A DNA stretch of 62,635 nucleotides, the filler included. It is 3 parts of 3 records of this genome, joined end to end, with 100 filler letters (N's around TTAATTAATTAA, not from the genome) between each part and the next. Parts side by side here need not be neighbours in the genome. Positions count along the whole stretch, not along the records: positions 22,284 to 44,285 come from SRR31156797_1872; 2 more parts are not named here. One strand, written 5' to 3'. The translations under genes were made by a program, and so were the position numbers. Of the stretch, positions 23,105 to 32,947 are shown in pieces. The number at the start of each line of letters is the position of its first letter. Position 1 is the stretch's first letter. Below the pieces are notes generated by a model. That model was not told the DNA's origin. It saw only the letters and a list, made by a program, of their open reading frames with translations, and ran no database searches.

Positions 23105-24553
23105 GTGCACGACGTTCTTTATGTTACATCTGAAATGTATCCCTTTTCAAAGACCGGGGGGCTGGGTGATGTTATGGGGGCATTGCCTCCGGCAATCCAT
23201 GCAAAGGGAGCCAAGACCGCTGTAATAACACCTTTTTACGGGCGCATGAATCTTGACGGCCATAAACTGCGGCTGGTTTATTCCGATCTGCATGTAGGCT
23301 ATCCTTGGCCGGACACCACTGCGGAAATCTACCAGACTGATTACGATGGTATTTCCGTATACTTTGTGTCTCGTGGTGAATTTTTTGATCGCCGCCATTA
23401 TTACAATACCCACTACGGCGATTATTTCGACAATTGCGAACGGTTCATTTTTTTCTGCAAGGCCGTGCTCAAATGGGCGCGTATGCTTCCTTCGCCCCCG
23501 GCGGTTGTTCATTCTCATGACTGGCAGTCCTCACTGGTGCCGCCTTACCTGTATTTTGAGCGGGAAACTGACTCTTTCTGGAAGAACACAAAGACGGTGA
23601 CTACTATTCACAACCTTGCTTTTCAGGGGCGTTTTTCCGAAAGGCTTTTTCATGAGTCCGACCTTCCTGCCGAAGCATGGACCATGCACGGGGCAGAGTT
23701 TTATGGCGATTTAAACATGCTCAAGGCCAGTATTGCCTACAGTGATGCGGTTACTACGGTTAGCCCGTCTTACGCGAAGGAAATTCTGGGGCCTGAATTC
23801 GGTTGCGGTCTGGAAGGGTTCTTGAATAACCAATCCCACAAGTTGCACGGTATCCTGAACGGGGCTGACTATTCCATTTGGGACCCCGGTAATGATAAGT
23901 TTCTGCCCTGCTGCTACAGTGCAGAAGATACCCGCGGTAAGCAGGAGTGCAAACGGAGTATGCTCCGGGATTTCTACATGTCCGACCAGTTAGAGGATAA
24001 GCCTGTCCTCGGGTTCATCGGGCGTTTGCGGGGGCAGAAGGGTATCGACCTGCTCATTGACATCCTGCCTAGGCTGATGGAGAAAGATGTAGGTGTGATT
24101 GTGCTTGGCGAGGGGGACCTTGGATACGAAGCACAATTGCTGGAATTTATGGAGGAGTATCCCGGACAGTTCTGTGTGCAGGTGGGGTATACTGAAGATT
24201 TGGCTCACGGAATTCAAGCCGGTTCTGATATCTTTCTCATGCCTTCAAGGTATGAACCATGCGGGTTGACCCAGATTTACGCATTGCGCTTCGGTACTCC
24301 CCCGGTTGCCACTGCTGTGGGTGGATTGCGTGATACCATTACTCCATATCCGGCAGCTGATGCCACCGGATTTACCTTTGAAAAACTGGATGCCGAGCTG
24401 TTTTATGAAGCAGTAATGCAGGCGGTGGAAGCATGGCATGATCGTGAAGAGTGGCAGGAAATGGTGAAGCGGGCCATGCGGAGAGAGTTCACATGGGAGC
24501 GTTCTGCAGGTGAATACATAAAATTATACCGCGAGTTGGGCGCAAGATTGTAG
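23105..24553 (+). CDS. glgA: Glycogen synthase
   Basis: [12 protein letters not shown] and [11 protein letters not shown] motifs. Confidence 0.96.
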   Translation: MHDVLYVTSEMYPFSKTGGLGDVMGALPPAIHAKGAKTAVITPFYGRMNLDGHKLRLVYSDLHVGYPWPDTTAEIYQTDYDGISVYFVSRGEFFDRRHYYNTHYGDYFDNCERFIFFCKAVLKWARMLPSPPAVVHSHDWQSSLVPPYLYFERETDSFWKNTKTVTTIHNLAFQGRFSERLFHESDLPAEAWTMHGAEFYGDLNMLKASIAYSDAVTTVSPSYAKEILGPEFGCGLEGFLNNQSHKLHGILNGADYSIWDPGNDKFLPCCYSAEDTRGKQECKRSMLRDFYMSDQLEDKPVLGFIGRLRGQKGIDLLIDILPRLMEKDVGVIVLGEGDLGYEAQLLEFMEEYPGQFCVQVGYTEDLAHGIQAGSDIFLMPSRYEPCGLTQIYALRFGTPPVATAVGGLRDTITPYPAADATGFTFEKLDAELFYEAVMQAVEAWHDREEWQEMVKRAMRREFTWERSAGEYIKLYRELGARL

Positions 24554-24634
24554 GACCTTTCCTTATTAATTCAAAAATTTATACCGGCTGTTGAATTTAC
24601 GGATGATCGCAGCAAACCAAAGGATTAAGCTCTG

Positions 24635-26539
24635 ATGCCAGAAACTTTACCTGTCTACATTGCCCCGTTTGATCTTTTCCTTTTCGGCAAAGGGGAGCAC
24701 TGGGATTTATACCGTATACTCGGAGCACATTTTGACCTGCATGAAGGTCAGGAAGGTTACCGTTTCGCGGTCTGGGCACCTAATGCCCGTGAAATTTTTG
24801 TTACCGGTGATTTTAACGGTTGGGACAACCGGGCCAACAAGCTTATGCCTGTGGGAGTTTCCGGCATCTGGGCTGGGTTTATCCCCGGCGTGAAGCCCGG
24901 GCAGATGTATAAATACCATGTGGTTCAGAGTGACGGTCATGAGGTGACCAAGACCGATCCGCTTGCTTTCCGCACTGAGATGCGTCCCGGACATGCGGCC
25001 GTTACCTGGGGGCTTGATAATTACGAATGGCAGGACGAAAAGTGGATGTCCGAGCGACGTCAGACAGGTCTGCCGCTGGATAAGCCTATTTCTGTTTACG
25101 AGGTTCATCTTGGCTCATGGCGCAGGGAAGACTGGGATTACCGTTCCTACCGTCAGCTCACCGAAGAGTTGATTCCCTACGCCAAGGATATGGGCTTCAC
25201 TCATATTGAGCTGATGCCTATTGCTGAGCACCCTCTCGATGAGTCATGGGGGTATCAGACTACTCATTACTATTCACCCACCTCGCGACACGGTACCCCT
25301 GATGACTTGCGCTATTTTATTGATCAGTGCCATCAGGCGGGTCTGGGCGTTATTCTGGATTGGGTTCCGGGGCATTTTCCCAAGGATGACTGGGGGCTGG
25401 GACGTTTTGATGGTACGGCACTTTATGAGCATGCAGATGCCCGTAAGGGGGAGCACCCGGACTGGGGAACCTATATATTCAACTTCGGGCGTCATGAGGT
25501 CTGCAATTTTTTGCTCGCCAATGCCCTTTACTGGCTCAAGGAATTTCACATTGACGGGCTGCGCATAGATGCCGTGGCCTCCATGCTTTATCTTGATTAT
25601 TCCCGCCGCGAAGGGGAGTGGATTCCCAACGAGCATGGCGGCAACGAGAATATCGAGGCCATTGAACTGCTTAAGAATCTCAATGCCGTAGTTCACGAGC
25701 AGTTTCCTGGCGCTATGATGATTGCTGAGGAATCCACTTCATGGCCCGGTGTCTCACGTCCGGTATACACCGGAGGGCTTGGTTTTACTTTTAAGTGGAA
25801 CATGGGTTGGATGAATGACACCCTTGATTATATGGAAAAGAGTCCTATTCACCGCTCTTACCATCATAACAATCTGACCTTTTCCATGATCTACGCTTTT
25901 AGCGAGAACTTCTTCCTGCCTCTTTCGCATGATGAAGTGGTGCATGGCAAAGGAGCTTTGCTTTCCAAAATGCCTGGTGACATGTGGCAGCAGATGGCTA
26001 ATCTGCGCTTGCTTTTCTGTTACCAGTGGGCGCATCCGGGCAAAAATCTGCTTTTTATGGGTTGCGAGTTCGGGCAGTGGAATGAGTGGAATTGCCGTCA
26101 GGAACTGGACTGGACTTTGCTTGGCTTTCCTTCCCATCAGGGTTTGCGCAATACTGTAATCGATTTGAACCGGGTCATGCATGAGAACCCGGCTATGTAT
26201 AAGCATGATACCGATTGGTCCGGTTTCGAGTGGGTTGATTTTAATGACTATAAATCTTCTACCATAAGTTTTTTGCGCAAGAGTGAAGGAGATAGTCCGG
26301 TGCTTTGGGTATTCAATTTTACCCCGGTTGTTCGCAGCGGGTATTGTCTCGGTTGTCCGCAAGACGGAAACTGGGAGGAAATTTTTAATTCCGATGCTGA
26401 AATTTATGGCGGCTCAAATACGGGTAACGTCGGCAAGGTCGAGGCCTGCAAGGCAGGAGATCTTGGCGCTTTTCCCTATTATCTGGAACTGACATTGCCG
26501 CCCCTAGGAGCTATTGCACTTCGCCCCGAGCAGGCGTAG
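24635..26539 (+). CDS. glgB: 1,4-alpha-glucan branching enzyme (GH13_9)
   Basis: [32 protein letters not shown] and SHDEVVHGK motifs. Confidence 0.96.
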   Translation: MPETLPVYIAPFDLFLFGKGEHWDLYRILGAHFDLHEGQEGYRFAVWAPNAREIFVTGDFNGWDNRANKLMPVGVSGIWAGFIPGVKPGQMYKYHVVQSDGHEVTKTDPLAFRTEMRPGHAAVTWGLDNYEWQDEKWMSERRQTGLPLDKPISVYEVHLGSWRREDWDYRSYRQLTEELIPYAKDMGFTHIELMPIAEHPLDESWGYQTTHYYSPTSRHGTPDDLRYFIDQCHQAGLGVILDWVPGHFPKDDWGLGRFDGTALYEHADARKGEHPDWGTYIFNFGRHEVCNFLLANALYWLKEFHIDGLRIDAVASMLYLDYSRREGEWIPNEHGGNENIEAIELLKNLNAVVHEQFPGAMMIAEESTSWPGVSRPVYTGGLGFTFKWNMGWMNDTLDYMEKSPIHRSYHHNNLTFSMIYAFSENFFLPLSHDEVVHGKGALLSKMPGDMWQQMANLRLLFCYQWAHPGKNLLFMGCEFGQWNEWNCRQELDWTLLGFPSHQGLRNTVIDLNRVMHENPAMYKHDTDWSGFEWVDFNDYKSSTISFLRKSEGDSPVLWVFNFTPVVRSGYCLGCPQDGNWEEIFNSDAEIYGGSNTGNVGKVEACKAGDLGAFPYYLELTLPPLGAIALRPEQA

Positions 26540-26544
26540 AAGGA

Positions 26545-26630
26545 GGCCTCTGGCGGCCCTTCGGGGGCCAAAGAACCCTTTGGAAAGGGGGCTCTGGACT
26601 CTTCTAAACTTTTTAGTAGGCTGTCGCCGG
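26545..26630. repeat. Multi-hairpin palindromic intergenic element (probable dispersed REP-like repeat)
   Basis: GGCCC-TTCG-GGGGCC and CCCTT-TGGA-AAGGG hairpins; outer pairing CTGGCGGC/GTCGCCGG; only one copy in the window. Confidence 0.55.
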
Positions 26631-26655
26631 TAGCACGTTAAATTGTTTATTCATT

Positions 26656-26686
26656 AAAGGAAGTCGCGTGCGGCTTCCTTTTTTTT
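26656..26686 (+). terminator. Intrinsic terminator after glgB
   Basis: AAAGGAAGTCG...CGGCTTCCTTT followed by a T-tract. Confidence 0.7.
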
Positions 26687-26698
26687 GGGAGATATGAA

Positions 26699-27685
26699 AT
26701 GGCAAAGAAAAATATATGCATTACCTTGGGGGATCCTAATGGATTGGGTCCTGAACTGGTTTGTCTGTTGCTGGCAGAGCGTCCGGCTGACCGTGCTTAC
26801 TTGATGATCGGTCCGGAGAATGGTCTGGTTTATCATTTGGAAAGGTTGGGACTGGAAAAGTTTTATACCGTGCTTGATGATCCGGAGCAGATTGTTGATG
26901 CCGAGCCGGGATACTATTTGTATTGTCCGAAAGTGCTGGACGATTTTGAGTTGAAGGTTGGCCATGCTGATCCTGAGGGCGGGCGTTGTGCCGGTGAAGC
27001 CATGGAGACTGCCATGGACCTGCTGAATCACAAAGTTCTGGCTGGGCTGGTTACCTGTCCTTTGAATAAGGCCATGTTGCAACTGGCCGGGTTTGATTTT
27101 CCGGGCCATACGGAATTTTTGGCAACCCGTTCCGGAGTAGGTCGGGAGAATGTATGCATGCATCTGGGCGGCCCTAAACTCAAGGTCAGTCTTGTGACCA
27201 CTCATCCCCGTTTTGTGGATATTGAAGGACTGGTCACCAAGGAGCGGATTCTGCGTTGTATCGAGCTGACCGACGGGCTGGTTAAATCGCTGGGACTGAC
27301 TAAGCCAATAGCGGTTTGCGGGCTGAATCCCCATGCCGGGGAATCCGGGCGTATTGGTGATGAAGAGATCAAGGTCATCGAACCTGCCATTGCCGAAGCA
27401 CGAGATAAGGGCTTTGATGTGGAAGGTCCTTTTCCGGGTGATACTGTTTTTTATTTTGCAGCACAGGGAGATTACAGTGCCGTGCTGGCTATGTATCACG
27501 ATCAGGGGTTGGCCCCGCTTAAGCTGCTCCATTTCAGCGAGGCGGTAAATATTACCCTCGGCTTGCCTTTTCCACGCACCTCACCGGACCATGGCACTGG
27601 ATATGATATAACCGGAACCGGTAAAGCTTCTCTCGACAGCTTTAAAGCGGCCATGGAATGTGCAGAAATGATGGTTGACGCATAG
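26699..27685 (+). CDS. pdxA: PdxA-family 4-hydroxythreonine-4-phosphate dehydrogenase
   Basis: GDPNGLGPE, GHTEFL, NPHAGE, YHDQG and RTSPDHGT motifs. Confidence 0.88.
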   Translation: MAKKNICITLGDPNGLGPELVCLLLAERPADRAYLMIGPENGLVYHLERLGLEKFYTVLDDPEQIVDAEPGYYLYCPKVLDDFELKVGHADPEGGRCAGEAMETAMDLLNHKVLAGLVTCPLNKAMLQLAGFDFPGHTEFLATRSGVGRENVCMHLGGPKLKVSLVTTHPRFVDIEGLVTKERILRCIELTDGLVKSLGLTKPIAVCGLNPHAGESGRIGDEEIKVIEPAIAEARDKGFDVEGPFPGDTVFYFAAQGDYSAVLAMYHDQGLAPLKLLHFSEAVNITLGLPFPRTSPDHGTGYDITGTGKASLDSFKAAMECAEMMVDA

Positions 27686-27707
27686 TTTGATTTTAGATTC
27701 AGTTTTT

Positions 27708-27743
27708 GCCCGTAAGTGCTTACGCTTACGGGCTTTTTTTTTT
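27708..27743 (+). terminator. Intrinsic terminator after pdxA
   Basis: GCCCGTAAGTG-CTTA-CGCTTACGGGC followed by T10. Confidence 0.88.
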
Positions 27744-27899
27744 ATGGTTTTTGTGTGGTGGGCGAAAGAGAATAGATACAGTGTTGTTCGTTTTGTGTTG
27801 GACTGGGGTAGTCAGTTAGGGTAAAGCTGAGTTTGGTTATTCTGCGACTAAGTGTAAGTGGTCATGTCATCTTTATGATTTTAACTGGAGAGCGTTAGC

Positions 27900-29777
27900 A
27901 TGAGCTGGGTATCAAGAAGTTTATTAAGGGTGATCCTGTTTCCTATTATCATACCAATTTTGGCTGGAATTATGGGGCTTGTATTCTACGTCCAGAACTC
28001 TTCCTATAAAATGGTTCTTGATAATTCGATGGAGTCTGCCAGCAGTCAGGCAGCTATCATAGCTTCTTCTCTTGATCTGTTTGTTACTGATACAGTGGCG
28101 GTGGTTAAAAGCCTTTCCGGGCAGGGTGCAGTAAAGGCTTTATTTGAAGATAAATATTTGTCTGCCGGAAAGTTGTTTAAAGAAACTATGCGTAACAATG
28201 AAGTGATCTGGGCCGTGTTGGCATTTGATCGCAACGGTAAAGTTTTGTCTGGAATGACCAGTAAGGGCGGTATTCTGGATGGACTTGATATCAGTTCCCG
28301 AGATTACGTAAAAGCTATTTTAAAAGGTGAGGATAGTTATATCACCGAGTCTGTTTTTAGGTCCAAAACTGATAATAATTTGCTTTTCGGCGCTAGCTCA
28401 GCAGTCAAGGATGCACAGGGACGCGTGTTGGGCGGTATTGCGGTCTTTGGTGACTGGGCGAAATTTTCAGATCGTTTTGTGCGGCCTGTTGTTGTTGGCA
28501 CTGAAGGATACGGGGTAATCACTGATGCTGAAGGGTTGGTGCTTTATCACCCTGCTACAAAATTGATTTTGAAAGATTTAAGCAAGTACGATTTTATGAA
28601 AAGGGCACTTGCTGCTGGTGCAGGGAAAGAATTTTACAACTGGCAGGGCCGCAGTAAGGCCATGATTTTCAAGACCGACCCCAAAACAGGATGGCTGGTA
28701 ATGCTTACAGCCTATGAGAGTGATCTGGCTTCCGCAGCTGTAATGCAGCGTAATGTTCTGACAGTTGTTGGCGGGCTGATTATTCTGGTGGTGTGCGGCA
28801 TTGTATATTTTTCAGTACGCAGGCTGGTTATTGTTCCTGTCCGTGGTGGAATGCAGGTGGCCGGGAAAATGGCTGCGGGCGATCTTACTGACTCCGTTAC
28901 AAGTGACTCTCCCAACGAGATTGGTAAGTTGATGCGCTCTCTGGGTAGTATGATTTCATCCCTGCGTGGAGTTGTGGTTGGTGTTAAATCCGCAGCTGAG
29001 CAGGTTGCCGCAGGCAGTGAGGAAGTCTCAGCTTCTGCCCAGCATCTTTCAGCTGGGGCCACTGAACAAGCCGCTTCCGTGGAGGAAGTTTCAGCCTCTA
29101 TCGCTCAGATGACCGGTAATATTTCCAAGAACACAGAGCTTGCAGAAGAGACCCGTGAAATAGCTGTGAAAACTGCCCGTGAGGCTGTGAATGGCGGGGA
29201 AGCTGTTTCTCAAACAGTGGGGGCCATGCAGGATATTGCCGAGAAAACTTCCATAATTGAGGAAATCGCACGTCAGACTAATCTTTTGGCTCTGAATGCT
29301 GCCATTGAGGCTGCTAGGGCCGGGGAGCACGGGAAAGGATTTGCCGTGGTCGCTTCAGAAGTACGTAAGCTTGCAGAAAGGAGCGGTGTAGCGGCCGGGG
29401 AGATCAGGGAATTGACAGGATCAAGTTTGCAGGTTGCAGAGAGGGCCAAGCAAGTGCTGGATACCATGATTAAAGACATCAACCGCAATGAGGAACTTGT
29501 TGGTGAAGTTGCTGCTGCCAGCCGTGAGCAATATGAGGGTGGGCAGCAGATTTCAAAGGCTATTACTCAACTCGATGAGGTTATTCAACGTAATGCTGCT
29601 TTTGCGGAAGAGTTGTCTTCCACTTCCGAAGAATTATCTGCTCAGGCGGTGAAGCTTCAGGATACAATGCAGTTTTTTATTGTTCCAGATGATAGGACGC
29701 AATTTTCGCCAGTTATTCAGAGAGAAAACACCCGCATTCCGGAATTGGAATCCGGAGATGGTTTTGAGCGCATGTGA
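27900..29777 (+). CDS. Methyl-accepting chemotaxis protein (dCache-HAMP-MA)
   Basis: Two TM segments, Cache-like periplasmic region, [30 protein letters not shown]. Confidence 0.95.
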   Translation: MSWVSRSLLRVILFPIIIPILAGIMGLVFYVQNSSYKMVLDNSMESASSQAAIIASSLDLFVTDTVAVVKSLSGQGAVKALFEDKYLSAGKLFKETMRNNEVIWAVLAFDRNGKVLSGMTSKGGILDGLDISSRDYVKAILKGEDSYITESVFRSKTDNNLLFGASSAVKDAQGRVLGGIAVFGDWAKFSDRFVRPVVVGTEGYGVITDAEGLVLYHPATKLILKDLSKYDFMKRALAAGAGKEFYNWQGRSKAMIFKTDPKTGWLVMLTAYESDLASAAVMQRNVLTVVGGLIILVVCGIVYFSVRRLVIVPVRGGMQVAGKMAAGDLTDSVTSDSPNEIGKLMRSLGSMISSLRGVVVGVKSAAEQVAAGSEEVSASAQHLSAGATEQAASVEEVSASIAQMTGNISKNTELAEETREIAVKTAREAVNGGEAVSQTVGAMQDIAEKTSIIEEIARQTNLLALNAAIEAARAGEHGKGFAVVASEVRKLAERSGVAAGEIRELTGSSLQVAERAKQVLDTMIKDINRNEELVGEVAAASREQYEGGQQISKAITQLDEVIQRNAAFAEELSSTSEELSAQAVKLQDTMQFFIVPDDRTQFSPVIQRENTRIPELESGDGFERM

Positions 29778-29818
29778 GGATGACAAACAGTATAAAAGAC
29801 TTATCTTATAATAAAGAC

Positions 29819-30146
29819 ATCATTTTTGATGAGTTAACCGGGAGGAGGTATCAGGGCTTCTTTTGAGGAGCCTGAATGGTCGCAATCCTGTTTTCCGATT
29901 TGCCGGGAAAACGGCTGCAAGGACAGCGATGTCAGCAGTTGTACATATCAGGTTGTCCACTCTATCTGGAGTACGTAGGAGCGCAGAGTCAGCTGTTAGT
30001 TGCCCGGAATATGTCCGGTGTAAACAATGCACTGTAGCAGTAGTTCTTTCGTGAGGTGGAAAGCGGCTGGTAATCTCCTCCTGTTCACATAAATATCTGG
30101 TTGTGGTTAGATTGAAATGCGGCACTTTGTGCCGCATTTCTTTTTT
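29819..30146 (+). ncRNA. Candidate structured sRNA of unknown family
   Basis: TATAAT at 29807-29812; ends GGGAGGAGGTATCAG and CTGGTAATCTCCTCC are complementary; several internal hairpins; strong terminator; no credible ORF. Confidence 0.55.
30114..30146 (+). terminator. Intrinsic terminator
   Basis: GAAATGCGGCAC-TTT-GTGCCGCATTTC perfect 12-bp stem followed by TTTTTT. Confidence 0.9.
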
Positions 30147-30212
30147 GTTATTTGTTCTTGCTCAACTAGCTGAAAAGGTACATATTTATCAAAATATAAA
30201 TGGAGTAAATAT

Positions 30213-30965
30213 ATGTCTGTCGGCCGCTTCAAAATTTTTATTGTGATTATACTGATTTTGTTGGGGATCAGTGTTGGAAGCGCGAGTGCCGATAATGTTA
30301 TATATCTCAGTTCCCTTGAATGGGCTCCTTATGTTGGGCGGCGTCTTCCGGAAAATGGAACCAGTGCAAGAATTATACGGCAAGCCTTTGCGGCTATGGG
30401 CTACGAATTGAAGATTCTTTTTCTGCCTTGGAAAAGGTCAATGCGCATGGTCGAAACCGATTTTCAGGTTGCAGGCTATTTCCCTGAATACTATTCCAAA
30501 GAAAGAGCCGAAAAGTTTATTTTTTCGAAAAGCTACGGCTGCAGTCCGGTAAGCCTTCTGGAACGTAAAAAGAAACCAGTTCGTTGGGGAACCGTTAACG
30601 ACCTGGCCGGACTCCGGGTGGGGTTTGTTGCCGGCTATGTGAATACTCCGGAGCTGGATGAGGCTGTTGCCAATGGCACTATCAATGCTGACTTTGCCCC
30701 TTCTGACAAAAGTAACATCATGAAAGTTATCAAAGGCAGGATCGATTGTGCCGTGGTGGATCCTTTGGTTTACAGTTATCTGGCTGTTACTGATCAGGAA
30801 GTTGGAAAATTTAGTGATACTGTCCAGATAGAACCCAGATCCTTCGGTGTTAATGAGTTGTTTGTCGCATTCCGAAAAGATGAACAGGGGCGTTTTTATG
30901 CCCGTATTTTGAATGAGGGGTTGGGTAAGATCGGTATTGCAGGTGCTTGTAGGCAGCACGATTAA
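30213..30965 (+). CDS. Family 3-type solute-binding protein
   Basis: Signal peptide; EWAPY, LPWKRS, DLAGLRVG and GRID motifs. Confidence 0.85.
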   Translation: MSVGRFKIFIVIILILLGISVGSASADNVIYLSSLEWAPYVGRRLPENGTSARIIRQAFAAMGYELKILFLPWKRSMRMVETDFQVAGYFPEYYSKERAEKFIFSKSYGCSPVSLLERKKKPVRWGTVNDLAGLRVGFVAGYVNTPELDEAVANGTINADFAPSDKSNIMKVIKGRIDCAVVDPLVYSYLAVTDQEVGKFSDTVQIEPRSFGVNELFVAFRKDEQGRFYARILNEGLGKIGIAGACRQHD

Positions 30966-30975
30966 AGGTATTCTG

Positions 30976-31599
30976 ATGTTAGTAAATGAAATTTCCTCTT
31001 ATAGTTTTGAGAAACCCGCACTTTATCTTTTGTCTTTATTACTTGGAACACTGAACGATATTTCGGATCTGACGGTTCCGTCCGATTTCGGACTGCTCAC
31101 ATTTAAGGGGATGGACCTTTTGCAGGAGCGGGGGCAAATACCTAAGCTGGAGTTGAATTTTAATCTTAAAGGCGGAAGTTTTCGGGCTGTTTATTTCGGT
31201 CACGTATCTCCTTTCAAGTTGGGACGTGTCCTGCTCATTCAGGAAGATAAGGCGGAAGTAGACCTTGTGTTTTCTGATGCTGGGAAAGTCCAAGTCCCAA
31301 TGCAGGCGGCTGCGCAGGTTGCAGAGATTCCTCACGGACTAAATTGGAATATTCTTGCCGGCAGTCTTTCATTGTGGCGAGCTTGTTGCGGGTTGCCGAA
31401 CGGTTGTGATCCTTCGCTCGGAAAGTATTTCAATAAAATGAAAACAGTTTCCCGTTATCAGTGGGAAAAGGTCAGCTATGATATCAAAGGAAATGAGATT
31501 GTTGAGGAATGGTCAACGAGTCTTTCTGATGCAATAGGTCGTAATGTGACGGTTGTTTTTGTTATAAAAAATGGATTGATCTCTGTATTGAAATATTGA
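30976..31599 (+). CDS. Hypothetical protein
   Basis: ORF directly follows the solute-binding gene; AAGGT RBS before ATG 30976; no motif recognised. Confidence 0.6.
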   Translation: MLVNEISSYSFEKPALYLLSLLLGTLNDISDLTVPSDFGLLTFKGMDLLQERGQIPKLELNFNLKGGSFRAVYFGHVSPFKLGRVLLIQEDKAEVDLVFSDAGKVQVPMQAAAQVAEIPHGLNWNILAGSLSLWRACCGLPNGCDPSLGKYFNKMKTVSRYQWEKVSYDIKGNEIVEEWSTSLSDAIGRNVTVVFVIKNGLISVLKY

Positions 31600-31755
31600 T
31601 GGTATGTATTACCGCGTTAACGTGTATTGTAAGATGGTTATTTGTGTTATTCTAGTACACGCTTAGTCTTCCCCTGAGTAGGGAGATGGGCACTAACTTG
31701 ACTTAAATTGTTCTCACAGTTACACCTTGCCCTCGTTTTTAGCTCGGGGGGAGCT

Positions 31756-32907
31756 GTGGATAAATTAAATTTTATGGGCGAATTTAAAGATTCTGTCCTT
31801 GAAGAGGCGTTTCAAAAAGAGAAACGGCCTTCAGTCAGGTTTAGACTCCTTTTTTTGTATTTCGTCACAATAGTTACATTTCTTGCGGGTGGGTACAGCG
31901 ATTACGCTGATCTTGGCCCCGGCTCTGAATTTCATACTATTTTAGTGGGAAGAGTGGGCGCATGCCTTTTGGGTGGGCTAGCGTTTACCCTGCTTTTGAC
32001 TGACAAAGTCAAACTTAAGGTGCAGTACCTTTTCATGTTTTTGTGTATGTTTTCAGTTCTGGCAGTTGAATCATTGGAGTTGGCAGTCAAATTTTCAGAT
32101 ATAGGTTCACTGAGTGTGCCGGTAACTGTCTTTATTGTTTTGGCTTACTATATTCTTTTACCGCCACGCACCACGCCACCATTCATAGCGGCTGTTTGCG
32201 GATCTGTTTTTTATCTGGGCGCCTTGTCATATGTCCTTCCAGTTTATTCAGGAACTTTTGTAAATTCTGCAATTTATCTTTTATTAGCCAATATCTTCGG
32301 TGCTTTTTTTCTTTATACTTTTGGTAGATCGCTACGTCGTGAGTATGCTGCAATGGAAGATTTGAAAAAGCTGGTGGCTGTCGATGAACTTACTGGAGTA
32401 TATAGCCGCCGCAAGGTTCTTGAAGCCGGGGATTGTCTTTTAAAGTCCGCACGTCGTTTTAACAATAGGCTGTCAGTGTTGATGATGGATATTGACCATT
32501 TTAAGAAGGTCAATGACGATTACGGGCATTCTGTGGGTGATGAGGTTCTGAAGGAGACAGCCAGTCGATGCAGTGACGTTCTTCGGGAAGTTGATCATTT
32601 TGGTCGTCTTGGCGGAGAAGAGTTTTTGGTGATTCTTCCCTATTCAGGGGTGCATGACGGCATAAAGGTGGCTGAAAGACTACGTGCCTCTATCCGTGAA
32701 CGGACGTTTCAGGTAGGGGAAAATTCTTTGCCTGTTTCGGTAAGTGTCGGGGTCGCTGAGTTAAGCGGGCATGAAGATTTTAAAAGTTTGATTCAAGAGG
32801 CAGATGAACAACTTTACCGGGCCAAGAGGTGCGGTCGGGATCAGGTCTGTCCGGAAACGTTCAAGGTGGTCCGGCAGGTTCACTATGAGGAAATTTCTGT
32901 GAAATAA
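31756..32907 (+). CDS. Membrane-bound diguanylate cyclase
   Basis: Multi-TM N-terminus, DELTG, DIDHFKKVND, RxxD I-site (REVD), GGEEF; start uncertain (31708, 31756 or 31774). Confidence 0.92.
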   Translation: MDKLNFMGEFKDSVLEEAFQKEKRPSVRFRLLFLYFVTIVTFLAGGYSDYADLGPGSEFHTILVGRVGACLLGGLAFTLLLTDKVKLKVQYLFMFLCMFSVLAVESLELAVKFSDIGSLSVPVTVFIVLAYYILLPPRTTPPFIAAVCGSVFYLGALSYVLPVYSGTFVNSAIYLLLANIFGAFFLYTFGRSLRREYAAMEDLKKLVAVDELTGVYSRRKVLEAGDCLLKSARRFNNRLSVLMMDIDHFKKVNDDYGHSVGDEVLKETASRCSDVLREVDHFGRLGGEEFLVILPYSGVHDGIKVAERLRASIRERTFQVGENSLPVSVSVGVAELSGHEDFKSLIQEADEQLYRAKRCGRDQVCPETFKVVRQVHYEEISVK

Positions 32908-32946
32908 AAAACGGGGAAGAAAGTTTAATTTTCTTCCCCGTTTTAT
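32903..32946. terminator. Bidirectional terminator between the cyclase gene and ettA
   Basis: AAAACGGGGAAGAAA...TTTCTTCCCCGTTTT. Confidence 0.85.
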
Positions 32947-32947
32947 T

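Noticed and set aside
26654-27532. Long antisense ORFs (also 35060-35719, 36221-37030, 38923-39729, 40589-41236, 33965-34540)
   Set aside because: Shadows of well-supported genes on the opposite strand, with no motifs of their own.
29820-30137. ORFs 29820-30137 (-) and 29863-30054 (+) as proteins
   Set aside because: No recognisable motifs and weak start contexts; dense base-pairing and the terminator fit a non-coding element better. A small peptide is not fully excluded.
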